A DNA stretch of 64,000 bases from Thermoanaerobaculia bacterium (lineage in GTDB: Bacteria > Acidobacteriota > Thermoanaerobaculia > Gp7-AA8), in contig DASYUK010000375.1 of assembly GCA_036001325.1 (NCBI GenBank), positions 1,616-65,615 of the forward strand. Reading direction: 5' to 3'. Shown piece by piece: positions 28,377-37,257 of the stretch. The notes under the pieces were generated by a model. That model saw nothing but the letters and a program-made list of their open reading frames with translations. It was not told the origin of the DNA and did not search any database. The first letter of the stretch is position 1. Every line of letters begins with the position of its first letter. The position numbers were made by a program, and so were the translations under genes.

Positions 28377-28429
28377 GTGTAGCGGCGCGCTTCAGCGCGC
28401 CGACGGCGGGCTGAAGCCCGCCGCTACAC
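28377..28429. repeat. GC-rich nested inverted repeat (11-bp outer arms GTGTAGCGGCG/CGCCGCTACAC) ending at the ymdB stop codon
   Basis: GTGTAGCGGCGCGCTTCAGCGCGCCGACGGCGGGCTGAAGCCCGCCGCTACAC, with an inner GCTTCAGC/GCTGAAGC pair. No U-tract; it sits between two co-oriented minus-strand genes. Confidence 0.4.
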
Positions 28430-29217
28430 TACTCCCCAAGGTCTTCCCTAATCCGCACGATCCGCGCGGCCTTACCCGTGTTTTCGTCCAGCTCAATCAT
28501 CGCGCCGCACAATCGCACATCTCGCTTCGCGACCTCGAGCTTGCGCGGCGTGTTCATCAGAAATCGATGCAGCGCTTCTTCGGGACGGAATCCGATGATC
28601 GAGTCGTATGCGCCCGTCATCCCCACATCGGTCTGATAGGCCGTACCGTTCGGCAGGATTCGTTCGTCGGCTGTCGGCACGTGTGTGTGCGTGCCGAGAA
28701 CCGCAGAGACGCGGCCGTCGAGATAGCGACCCATGGCCTGCTTCTCCGATGAGGCCTCGCCGTGGATGTCGACGATGATGACTTTCGCCGACTCGCCGAT
28801 CTCCTTCAGCTCGCGATCGGCGCGGTGGAAGGGGTTGTCGCACGGTGGCATGAAGATGTTGCACATGAGCTGGAGCACGCAGACATTGACGCCGCTCGCC
28901 GTCTGACGAATGACACGTCCTTTCCCCGGATTCCCCTCCGGATAGTTCGCCGGGCGAACGACGTGCGGATAGTGCTCGTAGTTGTCGACGAACTCTTTCT
29001 TGTCCCAGATGTGGTTGCCGGAGGTATAGGCGTTGATCGGAAGCTGATCCAACTCCTCCATGATCGCTTCGGTGACGCCGAAGCCGCCCGCCGCGTTCTC
29101 CACATTGACGATCGTGAAGTCGATTTTCTCCCGATCGATCACGTGCTCGAGCTTCTGATGGAGCGCCCGACGTCCAGGCTGTCCGACGACGTCACCGATG
29201 TAGAGGACTCTGATCAT
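28429..29217 (-). CDS. ymdB: YmdB-type metallophosphoesterase (2',3'-cyclic-nucleotide 2'-phosphodiesterase)
   Basis: MIRVLYIGDVVG...GNHIWDKKE...IIVDIHGEASSEKQAMG...GTHTHVPTADE. Conserved position immediately downstream of rny. Confidence 0.85.
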   Translation of the reverse strand: MIRVLYIGDVVGQPGRRALHQKLEHVIDREKIDFTIVNVENAAGGFGVTEAIMEELDQLPINAYTSGNHIWDKKEFVDNYEHYPHVVRPANYPEGNPGKGRVIRQTASGVNVCVLQLMCNIFMPPCDNPFHRADRELKEIGESAKVIIVDIHGEASSEKQAMGRYLDGRVSAVLGTHTHVPTADERILPNGTAYQTDVGMTGAYDSIIGFRPEEALHRFLMNTPRKLEVAKRDVRLCGAMIELDENTGKAARIVRIREDLGE

Positions 29218-29302
29218 GGGGTTGCGAGGTTACGCGGTTCCGGCGGGGTTACGCGGTGCTGCACTGCGAAACTGCGCAACCTCGCCGGAACCCCGCCGTA
29301 AC

Positions 29303-30868
29303 CTATTTCGCATACTCCACGGTCCGCATTTCGCGAATGACCGTAACTTTAATCTGCCCCGGATACTGCAACTCGGACTCGATCTTGCGCGCGACATCCT
29401 TCGACAGCCAGATCGACTGTTCGTCGGAGATCTTTTCGGCGTTGACAATGATGCGAAGCTCACGCCCGGCCTGAATGGCGAAACTCTTCGAGACGCCATC
29501 CATGCTGTTGGCGATCGATTCGAGACGCTCGAGACGATGGACGTAGTTCTCGAGGATCTCGCGACGCGCCCCCGGCCGCGCTGCGGACAATGCGTCCGCG
29601 GCGTTGACGAGCACCGCTTCGACAGTCGTAGGATCGTAATCACCGTGATGGCATTCCATCGCGTGAATCACGTCTCGCTTTTCGCCGTACTTGTCGAGGA
29701 CCTGACGCCCGAGCTCGAGGTGCGTGCCTTCCATCTCGCGATCGATCGCCTTGCCGATGTCGTGCAGCAGTCCGCCGCGCTTCGCGATCGTGTCGTTCAC
29801 GCCCAGCTCCACCGCCATCAATGCGGCGAGCTGCGCGACTTCGAGCGAGTGCACGAGCACGTTCTGTCCATACGACGTTCGGTAGCGCAGACGGCCGAGC
29901 AGTTTCAGCACCTCAGGATGAATGTCGGTGATGCCCAGCGAGAATGCCGCCGCCTCTCCCTCCTCGAACAATTTCTGATCGAGCTCCTGACGGACTTTCT
30001 CGACCAGCTCCTCGATGCGCGCCGGATGAATGCGCCCATCCTGCATGAGGCGTTCGAGCGAGATGCGCGCGATTTCGCGGCGAATCGGATCGAAGCCCGA
30101 GAGGATGACCGCCTCCGGGGTGTCGTCGACGATCAGATCGACACCCGTGGCCAGCTCTAAGGCACGAATGTTTCGTCCTTCACGGCCGATGATGCGTCCC
30201 TTCATGTCCTCCGAAGGGAGATCGACGACGGACACAGTGTTCTCAGCGACGTAGTCCGACGCCATCCGCTGAATGGCCATGCCGAGGATTTTTCGGGCGC
30301 GCTGTGTCCCGAGCTCGGTGGCTTCGCTTTCGATCCGCTTGATGATGTTCGCGGCCTCGAGTCTCGCTTCGTTCTCGATGCCGCGGATCAGCTCCTGCCG
30401 CGCCTGATCTGCCGTGAGACCGGCGACCTGCTCGAGTTTGCGGCGCTGATCCTCGATGAGCTGATCGAGCTCGCTTTCCCGCGATTCGACTTTTTTCTCA
30501 CGCTCGCCGACGCCGCGGTCGCGCTTCTCGACTTCGGCCATGCGCGAGTCGAGCTGCTGCGTCTTCTTGTCGAGATTCTCTTCCTTCTGCTGAAGACGCC
30601 GCTCGGCGTTCTTCATCTCGTCGCGACGCTGCTGCGCCTGCTTGTCGAACTCCGACCGCATCTGCAGCAGTTTTTCTTTTGCTTCGAGATCGGCTTCCTT
30701 GACGCGAGCACCGGCCGACTTCCTCGCGTCTTCAACGATCCGCTCCGCTTCGCGCCGCGCTTCGACAACCTGCGCTGTGGCGCGCTTGCGGTACACCATC
30801 GCCCAGAGCAGGGCGAGGACGACGGCGCCTACGACGCCGATCGCAATTCCAACGATGACTGGTACCAA
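29303..30868 (-). CDS. rny: Ribonuclease Y
   Basis: N-terminal TM helix [23 protein letters not shown], coiled-coil region, KH domain ([24 protein letters not shown]) and HD domain ([21 protein letters not shown]). Start at TTG 30868, preceded by AAGGGAGGTG; the track ORF extends to 30964. Confidence 0.85.
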   Translation of the reverse strand: MVPVIVGIAIGVVGAVVLALLWAMVYRKRATAQVVEARREAERIVEDARKSAGARVKEADLEAKEKLLQMRSEFDKQAQQRRDEMKNAERRLQQKEENLDKKTQQLDSRMAEVEKRDRGVGEREKKVESRESELDQLIEDQRRKLEQVAGLTADQARQELIRGIENEARLEAANIIKRIESEATELGTQRARKILGMAIQRMASDYVAENTVSVVDLPSEDMKGRIIGREGRNIRALELATGVDLIVDDTPEAVILSGFDPIRREIARISLERLMQDGRIHPARIEELVEKVRQELDQKLFEEGEAAAFSLGITDIHPEVLKLLGRLRYRTSYGQNVLVHSLEVAQLAALMAVELGVNDTIAKRGGLLHDIGKAIDREMEGTHLELGRQVLDKYGEKRDVIHAMECHHGDYDPTTVEAVLVNAADALSAARPGARREILENYVHRLERLESIANSMDGVSKSFAIQAGRELRIIVNAEKISDEQSIWLSKDVARKIESELQYPGQIKVTVIREMRTVEYAK

Positions 30869-30900
30869 ACTGCACCTCCCTTTAGGGAGGCTCGCGCAGT

Positions 30901-31130
30901 GGAGGGATACTCGGAGATCCCCGCCTGAGCCGTGTGGAGGATTCTCACTCGAACCTGTAAACAAACAGGTGGGCGTCCTACTGGGGCCGTTTTGGCTACC
31001 TTCTGAGGTCCCTCGCTACGCTTGGGACGAAGGCGTGCACGCGGCCCGCAGACGCGGACACCCGAAGCAAGAATTACGGTTCAAGCGTTAGATCGTTCAT
31101 CACGCACTCTGCAGGGATTCTCCGAAAATC
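30901..31130 (-). ncRNA. ssrS: Probable 6S RNA (ssrS) downstream of zapA and upstream of rny
   Basis: The minus-strand transcript has a 5' segment UUCGGAGAAUCCCUGC (complement of plus 31111-31126) and a 3' segment GGGAUCUCCGAG (complement of plus about 30905-30916) that can pair as a closing stem. E. coli 6S ends ...CUCGGAGAUUCCCU and lies downstream of zapA (ygfE). Boundaries are approximate. Confidence 0.5.
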
Positions 31131-31149
31131 TGTCTTTACGTCTGTAGGC

Positions 31150-31434
31150 TCAAGTGATTACCTTGTTGAGCCTCTCCGATATTTCCTCCGTTTTCTCGAT
31201 CCATGTCGCCGCGCTCTGGCGCTGCTTCCGGAACCGCGAAAACTCGTCGGCGATATTGAGAGCGGCCAGGATAGCGATTTTCATCGGATCGACCGTGGCG
31301 ACTTCCGCCGCGACCTCTCTCATCCTGGCGTCGACAAACCGCGCAAGCTCCGTTAAATAGTTCGGGTCTCCTTCTCCCCGGACGTTATACGTTTGACCAA
31401 AGATCTCGACCTCGGTCGAATCGTACTTTTCCAT
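31150..31434 (-). CDS. zapA: Cell division protein ZapA
   Basis: 94-aa protein MEKYDSTEVEIFGQTYNVRGEGDPNYLTELARFVDARMREV...: ZapA length and pattern (short beta N-terminus, then coiled coil). Confidence 0.7.
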   Translation of the reverse strand: MEKYDSTEVEIFGQTYNVRGEGDPNYLTELARFVDARMREVAAEVATVDPMKIAILAALNIADEFSRFRKQRQSAATWIEKTEEISERLNKVIT

Positions 31435-31459
31435 GGAAAAGAGACCTGATGTCGCGGCG

Positions 31460-31525
31460 GATTATACCCGTTAGTCGTTAGTCCCTAGTCCTTAGTCGCT
31501 GGTCCCGACTAACGACTAAGGACCA
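31460..31525. promoter_or_regulatory. Heptamer-repeat imperfect palindrome (4 x NTTAGTC, 9-nt spacer, 4 x GACYAAS) in the zapA/imuA divergent intergenic region; candidate operator for the imuA-imuB-dnaE2 cassette
   Basis: GTTAGTC GTTAGTC CCTAGTC CTTAGTC gctggtccc GACTAAC GACTAAG GACCAAG GACTAAG. 23 of 28 arm positions are complementary. It is AT-richer than its surroundings and lies about 70 nt upstream of the imuA start. Confidence 0.5.
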
Positions 31526-31593
31526 AGGACTAAGGTCCGAACATTGCTTTACGCCTGATTACCGCCTATTGTTAGGCGTGCAGGCTCCCCACG

Positions 31594-32415
31594 ATGACTG
31601 CACAGGCTCGACGTTTCCTCTCTCAGTTTCAGCTCCTCGATCTCAGGCCGAGTCGACCGAAACCCACTCTTGTCCCTCCTCTCCCACCTGTAGAGATTCA
31701 GCAGCGCGAGGCTGTCCGCAACCTTCGCGCGGCGCTCGATCCGGCGATCGCGCGAAACGTCATCAGCGCGACCGAGCTGATTCGCGCACTCGAGAAGACG
31801 CGCCGCGAAGACTTCCTTCCTACGGCGATCGACGCGCTCGACGCGCTCCTCGGCGGCGGATTGCGGCGCGGAAAAGTCGTCGAGCTCGTATCGCGGCGCG
31901 CGGTGGGACGATTCTCGATCGTGATGTCGACGCTCGCCGCCGCCACCTCCATCGGCGAGGCGGCAGCGTTGATTGACGTCAGCGATCACTTCGATCCGCA
32001 AATCGCCGACGTCGCCGGCGTCGATCTGCGGCGCTTGCTATGGGTGCGGCCGAAGACGATGAAGCAAGCGGTCATGGCGGCGGAGATGATCACCGTCACC
32101 GGATTCCAGCTCGTCGTCCTCGATGCCGGACTGCATCCCGTGCGCGGTCGTCGCGCGCCTGACGCGGCATGGGTCCGTCTCGCGCGAGCCGCCGAGGCGC
32201 ACGGCGCTGCGATGCTTGTCTCGACGCCATATCCATTCACCGGCACGACCTCCGAAGCCGTGGTGCGCGGCGAGAAAGCGCGCGTGAAGTGGCTCGGCCA
32301 GGGAAAGTCGCCACGATTGCTCGTGGAAGTCACGACGAACTTCCGATTGGAGAAACACCGTCACATGAAGCCGGGAGCCCCCGCGACCTGCGACCTGCGA
32401 CCCGCGATCTCATGA
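31594..32415 (+). CDS. imuA: ImuA (RecA/SulA-like component of the SOS mutagenesis cassette)
   Basis: AIDALDALLGGGLRRGKVVELVSRRAVGRFSIVMSTLAAATSIGEAAALIDVSDHFDPQIADVAGVDLRRLLWVRP...QLVVLDAG matches the ImuA pattern. It is followed by imuB (ATGA overlap) and dnaE2. Confidence 0.7.
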   Translation: MTAQARRFLSQFQLLDLRPSRPKPTLVPPLPPVEIQQREAVRNLRAALDPAIARNVISATELIRALEKTRREDFLPTAIDALDALLGGGLRRGKVVELVSRRAVGRFSIVMSTLAAATSIGEAAALIDVSDHFDPQIADVAGVDLRRLLWVRPKTMKQAVMAAEMITVTGFQLVVLDAGLHPVRGRRAPDAAWVRLARAAEAHGAAMLVSTPYPFTGTTSEAVVRGEKARVKWLGQGKSPRLLVEVTTNFRLEKHRHMKPGAPATCDLRPAIS

Positions 32416-33899
32416 GCAGAATCGCCTGCTTCTACGTCCCCATGTTTCCGCTCGCAGCAAGACTGCGCAGCGAGCCGGAGCTGCTGCAGGAGGCGCTGGC
32501 GATCGTCGAAGGGAACGGCAACAACGCGCAGGTCGTCGCGGCGACGCGGCGCGCGCGAACGAAAGGCATTCGTGCCGGACACTCGCTCGCGCAGGCGCGT
32601 TCGATTCTCCCGAAGCTGATCGCCCGAGGACGTGATGGCGAGTGCGAGAGGACGGCGCAGGAGGCGCTGCTCGAAGTCGCGGAAACCTTCTCGCCGCGTC
32701 TCGAAGATGCGGGGGAAGGCGTCATCTACATCGATATCGCCGGAATGGAACGGCACTTCGATGACGAGCACGAGCTCGGCCGCGCGGCGATTCAATCGGC
32801 GGACAATATCGGATTGCCCGCGCGCGTCGGCGTCGCCGCGAGCAAGCTCGCGGCGCGCGTGGCCGCGGAGCTGCCGAAGTCACCGACGGTCGTCGAGCCG
32901 GGAAAGGAAGCGGAATTCCTCGCGCCACTGCCGCTGACGCGACTCGCGCCGGAGATCGATGCGGCGATGACGCTCCAACGATGGGGCATCACGTCGATCG
33001 GCGATCTCGCTCGTCTGCCGGAAAGCGAAATCGCCAGCCGGCTCGGCGAGACCGGACGCGATCTTCATTACGCGGCGCGGGGCATCGATCCCCGACCGCT
33101 GATCCCGCGCGCGCTGCCGCCGGAGTTTCGTGAAGGGATGGATCTGGAGTGGCCGCTCGTCGCGCTCGAGCCTTTCTTATTCATCGCCGGCGCCGCACTC
33201 GATCGACTGATGAAGCGAATGGAAGCGCAGGGATTCGCCTGCACTCGTCTCGAGGTGACGATGAATCTCGAGCCGGATGGATTTCATGCGCGCGCGATCG
33301 ATCTCCCCGCGCCGACGCGCGACGTGAAGACGATGCTGACGCTGATCCGCCTCGATCTGGAGAAGACGCCTCCCGGCGCGCCGGTCGTGGGATTCGTGAT
33401 CGTCGCCCATCCCGACCGCCCGCGCCGCGCGCAGTTGTCGCTGTTCGGCCCTTCGACGCTTTCGGCGGAGAAACTGGCCACCACAATCGCGCGCCTCGTC
33501 TCACTTCTCGGCGACGGCCGCATCGGGATGGCGACGACGGTCGATGGTCACCTTCCCGACCGCTATTCGATCGCCGATTACGCTCCCCCACCCCCACCCG
33601 ATGCGCGGCGAAAACCGGCGAAGAGTCGCGGACTGCTCGCCGTGCGCGTCTTCCGCCCACCCATCCCGGTGGAAGTGATCACACGCGAAGTCGACGGCGA
33701 GGTGCAGATCGAGCGCATCGAGGGGGAAGGCGAAATCGCGGGAACGGTTCGCATTTCATCCGGTCCGTGGCGCATCGAAGAAGGATGGTGGCGCGACGCG
33801 CCGGCGGCTCGGGAGTATTGGGACGTGGAGGTGGGAGCGAACGTGTATCGCGTGTATGAAACTTCCGGTGGTTGGGTCGTCGATGCGCGATACGACTGA
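32412..33899 (+). CDS. imuB: ImuB (inactive Y-family DNA polymerase-like protein)
   Basis: N-terminus MSRIACFYVPMFPLAARLRSEPELLQEALAIVEG...GIRAGHSLAQARSILPKL resembles the Y-family polymerase N-terminus but lacks the catalytic acidic residues. Sits between imuA and dnaE2. Confidence 0.8.
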   Translation: MSRIACFYVPMFPLAARLRSEPELLQEALAIVEGNGNNAQVVAATRRARTKGIRAGHSLAQARSILPKLIARGRDGECERTAQEALLEVAETFSPRLEDAGEGVIYIDIAGMERHFDDEHELGRAAIQSADNIGLPARVGVAASKLAARVAAELPKSPTVVEPGKEAEFLAPLPLTRLAPEIDAAMTLQRWGITSIGDLARLPESEIASRLGETGRDLHYAARGIDPRPLIPRALPPEFREGMDLEWPLVALEPFLFIAGAALDRLMKRMEAQGFACTRLEVTMNLEPDGFHARAIDLPAPTRDVKTMLTLIRLDLEKTPPGAPVVGFVIVAHPDRPRRAQLSLFGPSTLSAEKLATTIARLVSLLGDGRIGMATTVDGHLPDRYSIADYAPPPPPDARRKPAKSRGLLAVRVFRPPIPVEVITREVDGEVQIERIEGEGEIAGTVRISSGPWRIEEGWWRDAPAAREYWDVEVGANVYRVYETSGGWVVDARYD

Positions 33900-33913
33900 G
33901 GCTTTAGAAGCGA

Positions 33914-33956
33914 AATGTTGAATGTTCAACATTCAACATTGAACATTCAACATTCC
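33914..33956. promoter_or_regulatory. AT-rich heptamer-repeat palindromic array directly upstream of dnaE2 (candidate operator)
   Basis: AATGTTG AATGTTC AACATTC AACATTG AACATTC AACATTC C. The first 27 nt, AATGTTGAATGTTCAACATTCAACATT, form a perfect palindrome around a single central base. Confidence 0.5.
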
Positions 33957-33967
33957 TCGTTCTCCTT

Positions 33968-36900
33968 ATGTCGCACGGCAGAAAACCGACAAGAAACCTC
34001 GACGCTCTCCAGATCACCTACGCTGATCCGGCAGGGCACAAGGAGAAGGTCAAGAACCGTGTGACGAACGTTCCTCTCTCCCGCGAGTACGATCACATTC
34101 CCTTCGTTCCTGAGAAGTTCGGCGGGACGAAACCGAATGAGGAACCGGAGGAAAAGACTCCGAAACTCCGCAACCGTGCAACCGCGAAACGCCCCTACGC
34201 CGAGCTCCGCGCGGCAAGCGCGTTCTCCTTCCTCGACGGTGCTTCGCTGCCCGAAGACTTGATGTACCACGCCGCCGATAAGGATCTGCCGGCGATGGCT
34301 CTCGTCGACACGAATGGTGTGTACGGCGCTCCTCGGTTCTATTCGGCAGCGAAGAAAACAGGGGTCAAGGCGCTCGTCGGAAGCGAACTGGTTCTCGAGA
34401 CCGACCACCGCTTCACAGTCCTCGTCGAAAACCGCACCGGCTATAAAAACCTGTGCAAGCTCGTCACGGCTGGAGCGGCCGGGCGCGAGAAAGGGAAAGC
34501 GCGCTTCAACTGGGGATTGATCGAGCAGTACAACGAAGGTCTGCACTGCCTCACGCGTGCCGATGACGAGACCATCAACAAAATCGCCGGCATTTTCAAA
34601 AACAGAACGCACCTCGAGTTGCAGCGACATTTCAATCGCGACGAAGAGCGTCACAACATCCGCCTGGTCGATCTCGCGCGGCGTCTGAAGCTGCCGATCG
34701 TCGCGACGAACGGCGTCCGCTACGCCCGCGCACAGGATAAGGAGCTGCACGACGTCCTCACGTGCATCCGCGAGACGACACACGTCGACAAAGCGGGCCG
34801 CCTCCTGGGCGTGAATCGGGAGCGCTACGTCAAGACCGCCGATGAGATGTGCCGCCTGTTCGCCGATCTGCCGGAAGCGATCGATGGCGCCTGGTCGCTC
34901 GCCAACACGCTCGACTTCACGCTCGCCGACCTCGGCTACCAGTTCCCTGACTATCCGCTGCCGCCGGGAGAGACTACAACATCGTTTCTGCGCAAGATCG
35001 CCTGGAACTCGGCAAAGTCGCGTTTCCGTCCGCTCACGGCGAGAGCGCAGTCGCAGATCGAGAAAGAGCTGAACATGATCGAGAAGCTCGATCTGGCCGG
35101 CTACTTCCTCATCGTCTGGGACATCGTTCAGTTCTGCAATCGCGAAAAGATCATCGTGCAGGGCCGCGGCTCGGCGGCCAACAGCGCCGTCTGCTACGCC
35201 CTCGGCATCACCGCGGTCGATCCGGTGAAGATGGAGCTGCTCTTCGAGCGCTTCCTCTCCGAAGAGCGCGGAGAGTGGCCGGACATCGATCTCGATCTCC
35301 CCTCCGGCGATCAGCGCGAGAAAGTCATCCAGCACGTCTACAAAACGTACGGCGTGCACGCCGCGGCGATGACCGCGAACGTCATCACGTATCGCGATCG
35401 CTCCGCGGCGCGCGAAGTTGGCAAAGCGCTCGGCTATTCGCTCGAGCAGGCCGACAAACTCTCGAAATGCGTCTCGACCTGGAACTTCGGCGAGATCCGC
35501 GAAGCGATGGAGAACCTGCCGGGTGAGCTCGAGAAAACGGGATTCGATCCCGCTGATCTCCGCGTACAACACTTCATGCGCCTCTACATGCACATCCAGA
35601 ATCTGCCGCGACATCTCGGCCAGCACTCCGGCGGCATGGTCATGGCGAAAGGACGGCTCGACGAAGTCGTGCCGCTCGAGCCGGCATCGATGCCCGGCCG
35701 CGTCGTCATTCAGTGGGACAAGGACGACTGTGCCGATCTCGGCCTCATCAAAGTCGACCTCCTCGGCCTCGGCATGCTGGCGGCGATCGAAGAGGCACTG
35801 CCGCTCATCCGCGACAACGAAGGAAAAGAAGTCGATCTCGCCCATCTGCCTCAGAACGATCCGCTCGTTTACAAGATGCTGAACGAGGCTGACACGATCG
35901 GCATGTTCCAGGTGGAGAGCCGCGCGCAGATGGCTTCACTGCCGAGGAATGCGCCGAAGAAGTTCTACGACATCGTCGTGCAGGTGGCGATCATCCGTCC
36001 CGGCCCGATTGTCGGCGGCATGATCCGTCCGTTCTTCGATCGGCGTCAGGGGCGCGCGCCGGTCGAGTATCCGCACCCGTGCCTCGAGCCGATTCTCAAG
36101 CGCACGCTCGGCGTACCGCTGTTCCAGGAGCAGCTTCTCCGTATCGCGATGGTCGCGGCCAATTTTACCGGCGGCGAAGCCGAAGAGCTGCGAAGAGCGA
36201 TGGGATTCAAGAGGTCGATGGAGCGGATGCACGAGATCGAAGGACGGCTGCGCGCGGGGATGACTACGAACGGCATCGATGCGAAAGCGCAGGATCAGAT
36301 CGTCAAGTCGATCACGTCGTTCGCGCTCTACGGCTTTCCCGAATCGCACGCGGCGAGCTTCGCGCTGATCGCGTATGCGAGCGCGTACATCAAAGCGCGA
36401 CATCCGGCGGCTTTTTATGTCTCGCTGCTGAACGCGTGGCCGATGGGTTTCTATCATCCGGCGACGCTCGTCAAAGATGCGCAGCGGCATGACACCGAGG
36501 TGCTTCCGATCGACATGAATCATTCTGGTTGGAAGTGCCGTTGGGAAAACGGCGGCGTACGTCTCGGACTGCGATTCGTTAAAGGGCTGCGCGAAGCGAC
36601 GGCAAAGAAGATCGAAGCGAATCAGCCATTCCAATCGACGGAAGATCTCGCCTATCGGTGCAAGCTGCGCGACGATCAGCTCACGAAGCTCGCCTACGCC
36701 GGGGCACTGAGCTCACTCGGACTCACGAGACGAGGGGCGTTGTGGCAGGCGTCGAAAGCGGCAAAGCCCGCGGGCGAACTCTTCGAAGGACGCGCCGCCG
36801 AGGGCGGCGGCGCTCCACTGAAGGAGATGTCAGAGATCCAGAACACCATGGCTGACTACCACGCGATGGAGCTCACGACGGGGCCGCATCTCGTCGAGCA

Positions 36901-37240
36901 CTTCCGCGCTGAGCTCATGAGTCAGAAGATCCTCTCCGCCGCGGACCTCGCGCGCATTCCAACCGGTCGCCGCGTCACGACCGCAGGAGCAGTGATCGTC
37001 CGCCAGCGCCCGGGCACCGCAAAAGGATTCGTGTTCCTCACCCTCGAAGATGAAACCGGTCTCTCGCAGGCCATCGTCAGTCCGAAACTTTTCAGCGAGC
37101 AGCGTTCGACGATCCTCGGCCATTCGGGCCTGATCGTCGAAGGAATCGTGCAGAACACCGATGGGCAGTGTTCCGTCAAAGCGGAGCGTTTCTGGCCCTT
37201 GCAGGGACTCGAGGACATTCGCAGTCACGACTTCCACTAG
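33968..37240 (+). CDS. dnaE2: Error-prone DNA polymerase DnaE2 (ImuC), DNA polymerase III alpha-like
   Basis: PHP domain beginning YAELRAASAFSFLDGAS, and pol III alpha core motifs. 1090 aa as called. The first ~60 residues are Lys-rich, lower-GC and precede the PHP domain, so the true start may be internal (for example a GTG near 34056 with an AAGGAGAAGG upstream). Confidence 0.85.
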   Translation: MSHGRKPTRNLDALQITYADPAGHKEKVKNRVTNVPLSREYDHIPFVPEKFGGTKPNEEPEEKTPKLRNRATAKRPYAELRAASAFSFLDGASLPEDLMYHAADKDLPAMALVDTNGVYGAPRFYSAAKKTGVKALVGSELVLETDHRFTVLVENRTGYKNLCKLVTAGAAGREKGKARFNWGLIEQYNEGLHCLTRADDETINKIAGIFKNRTHLELQRHFNRDEERHNIRLVDLARRLKLPIVATNGVRYARAQDKELHDVLTCIRETTHVDKAGRLLGVNRERYVKTADEMCRLFADLPEAIDGAWSLANTLDFTLADLGYQFPDYPLPPGETTTSFLRKIAWNSAKSRFRPLTARAQSQIEKELNMIEKLDLAGYFLIVWDIVQFCNREKIIVQGRGSAANSAVCYALGITAVDPVKMELLFERFLSEERGEWPDIDLDLPSGDQREKVIQHVYKTYGVHAAAMTANVITYRDRSAAREVGKALGYSLEQADKLSKCVSTWNFGEIREAMENLPGELEKTGFDPADLRVQHFMRLYMHIQNLPRHLGQHSGGMVMAKGRLDEVVPLEPASMPGRVVIQWDKDDCADLGLIKVDLLGLGMLAAIEEALPLIRDNEGKEVDLAHLPQNDPLVYKMLNEADTIGMFQVESRAQMASLPRNAPKKFYDIVVQVAIIRPGPIVGGMIRPFFDRRQGRAPVEYPHPCLEPILKRTLGVPLFQEQLLRIAMVAANFTGGEAEELRRAMGFKRSMERMHEIEGRLRAGMTTNGIDAKAQDQIVKSITSFALYGFPESHAASFALIAYASAYIKARHPAAFYVSLLNAWPMGFYHPATLVKDAQRHDTEVLPIDMNHSGWKCRWENGGVRLGLRFVKGLREATAKKIEANQPFQSTEDLAYRCKLRDDQLTKLAYAGALSSLGLTRRGALWQASKAAKPAGELFEGRAAEGGGAPLKEMSEIQNTMADYHAMELTTGPHLVEHFRAELMSQKILSAADLARIPTGRRVTTAGAVIVRQRPGTAKGFVFLTLEDETGLSQAIVSPKLFSEQRSTILGHSGLIVEGIVQNTDGQCSVKAERFWPLQGLEDIRSHDFH

Positions 37241-37257
37241 AATCACGTCACCGCACC

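Noticed and set aside
31460-33956. Whether the heptamer repeat arrays could be CRISPR arrays
   Set aside because: Units are 7 bp with no unique spacers and are arranged as palindromes. There are no cas genes nearby. Not CRISPR.
33947-35845. 632-aa ORF antisense to dnaE2
   Set aside because: It lies entirely inside the much better supported dnaE2 frame. The peptide is low-complexity (R/E/A/V-rich) with no motifs, typical of antisense ORFs in high-GC DNA.
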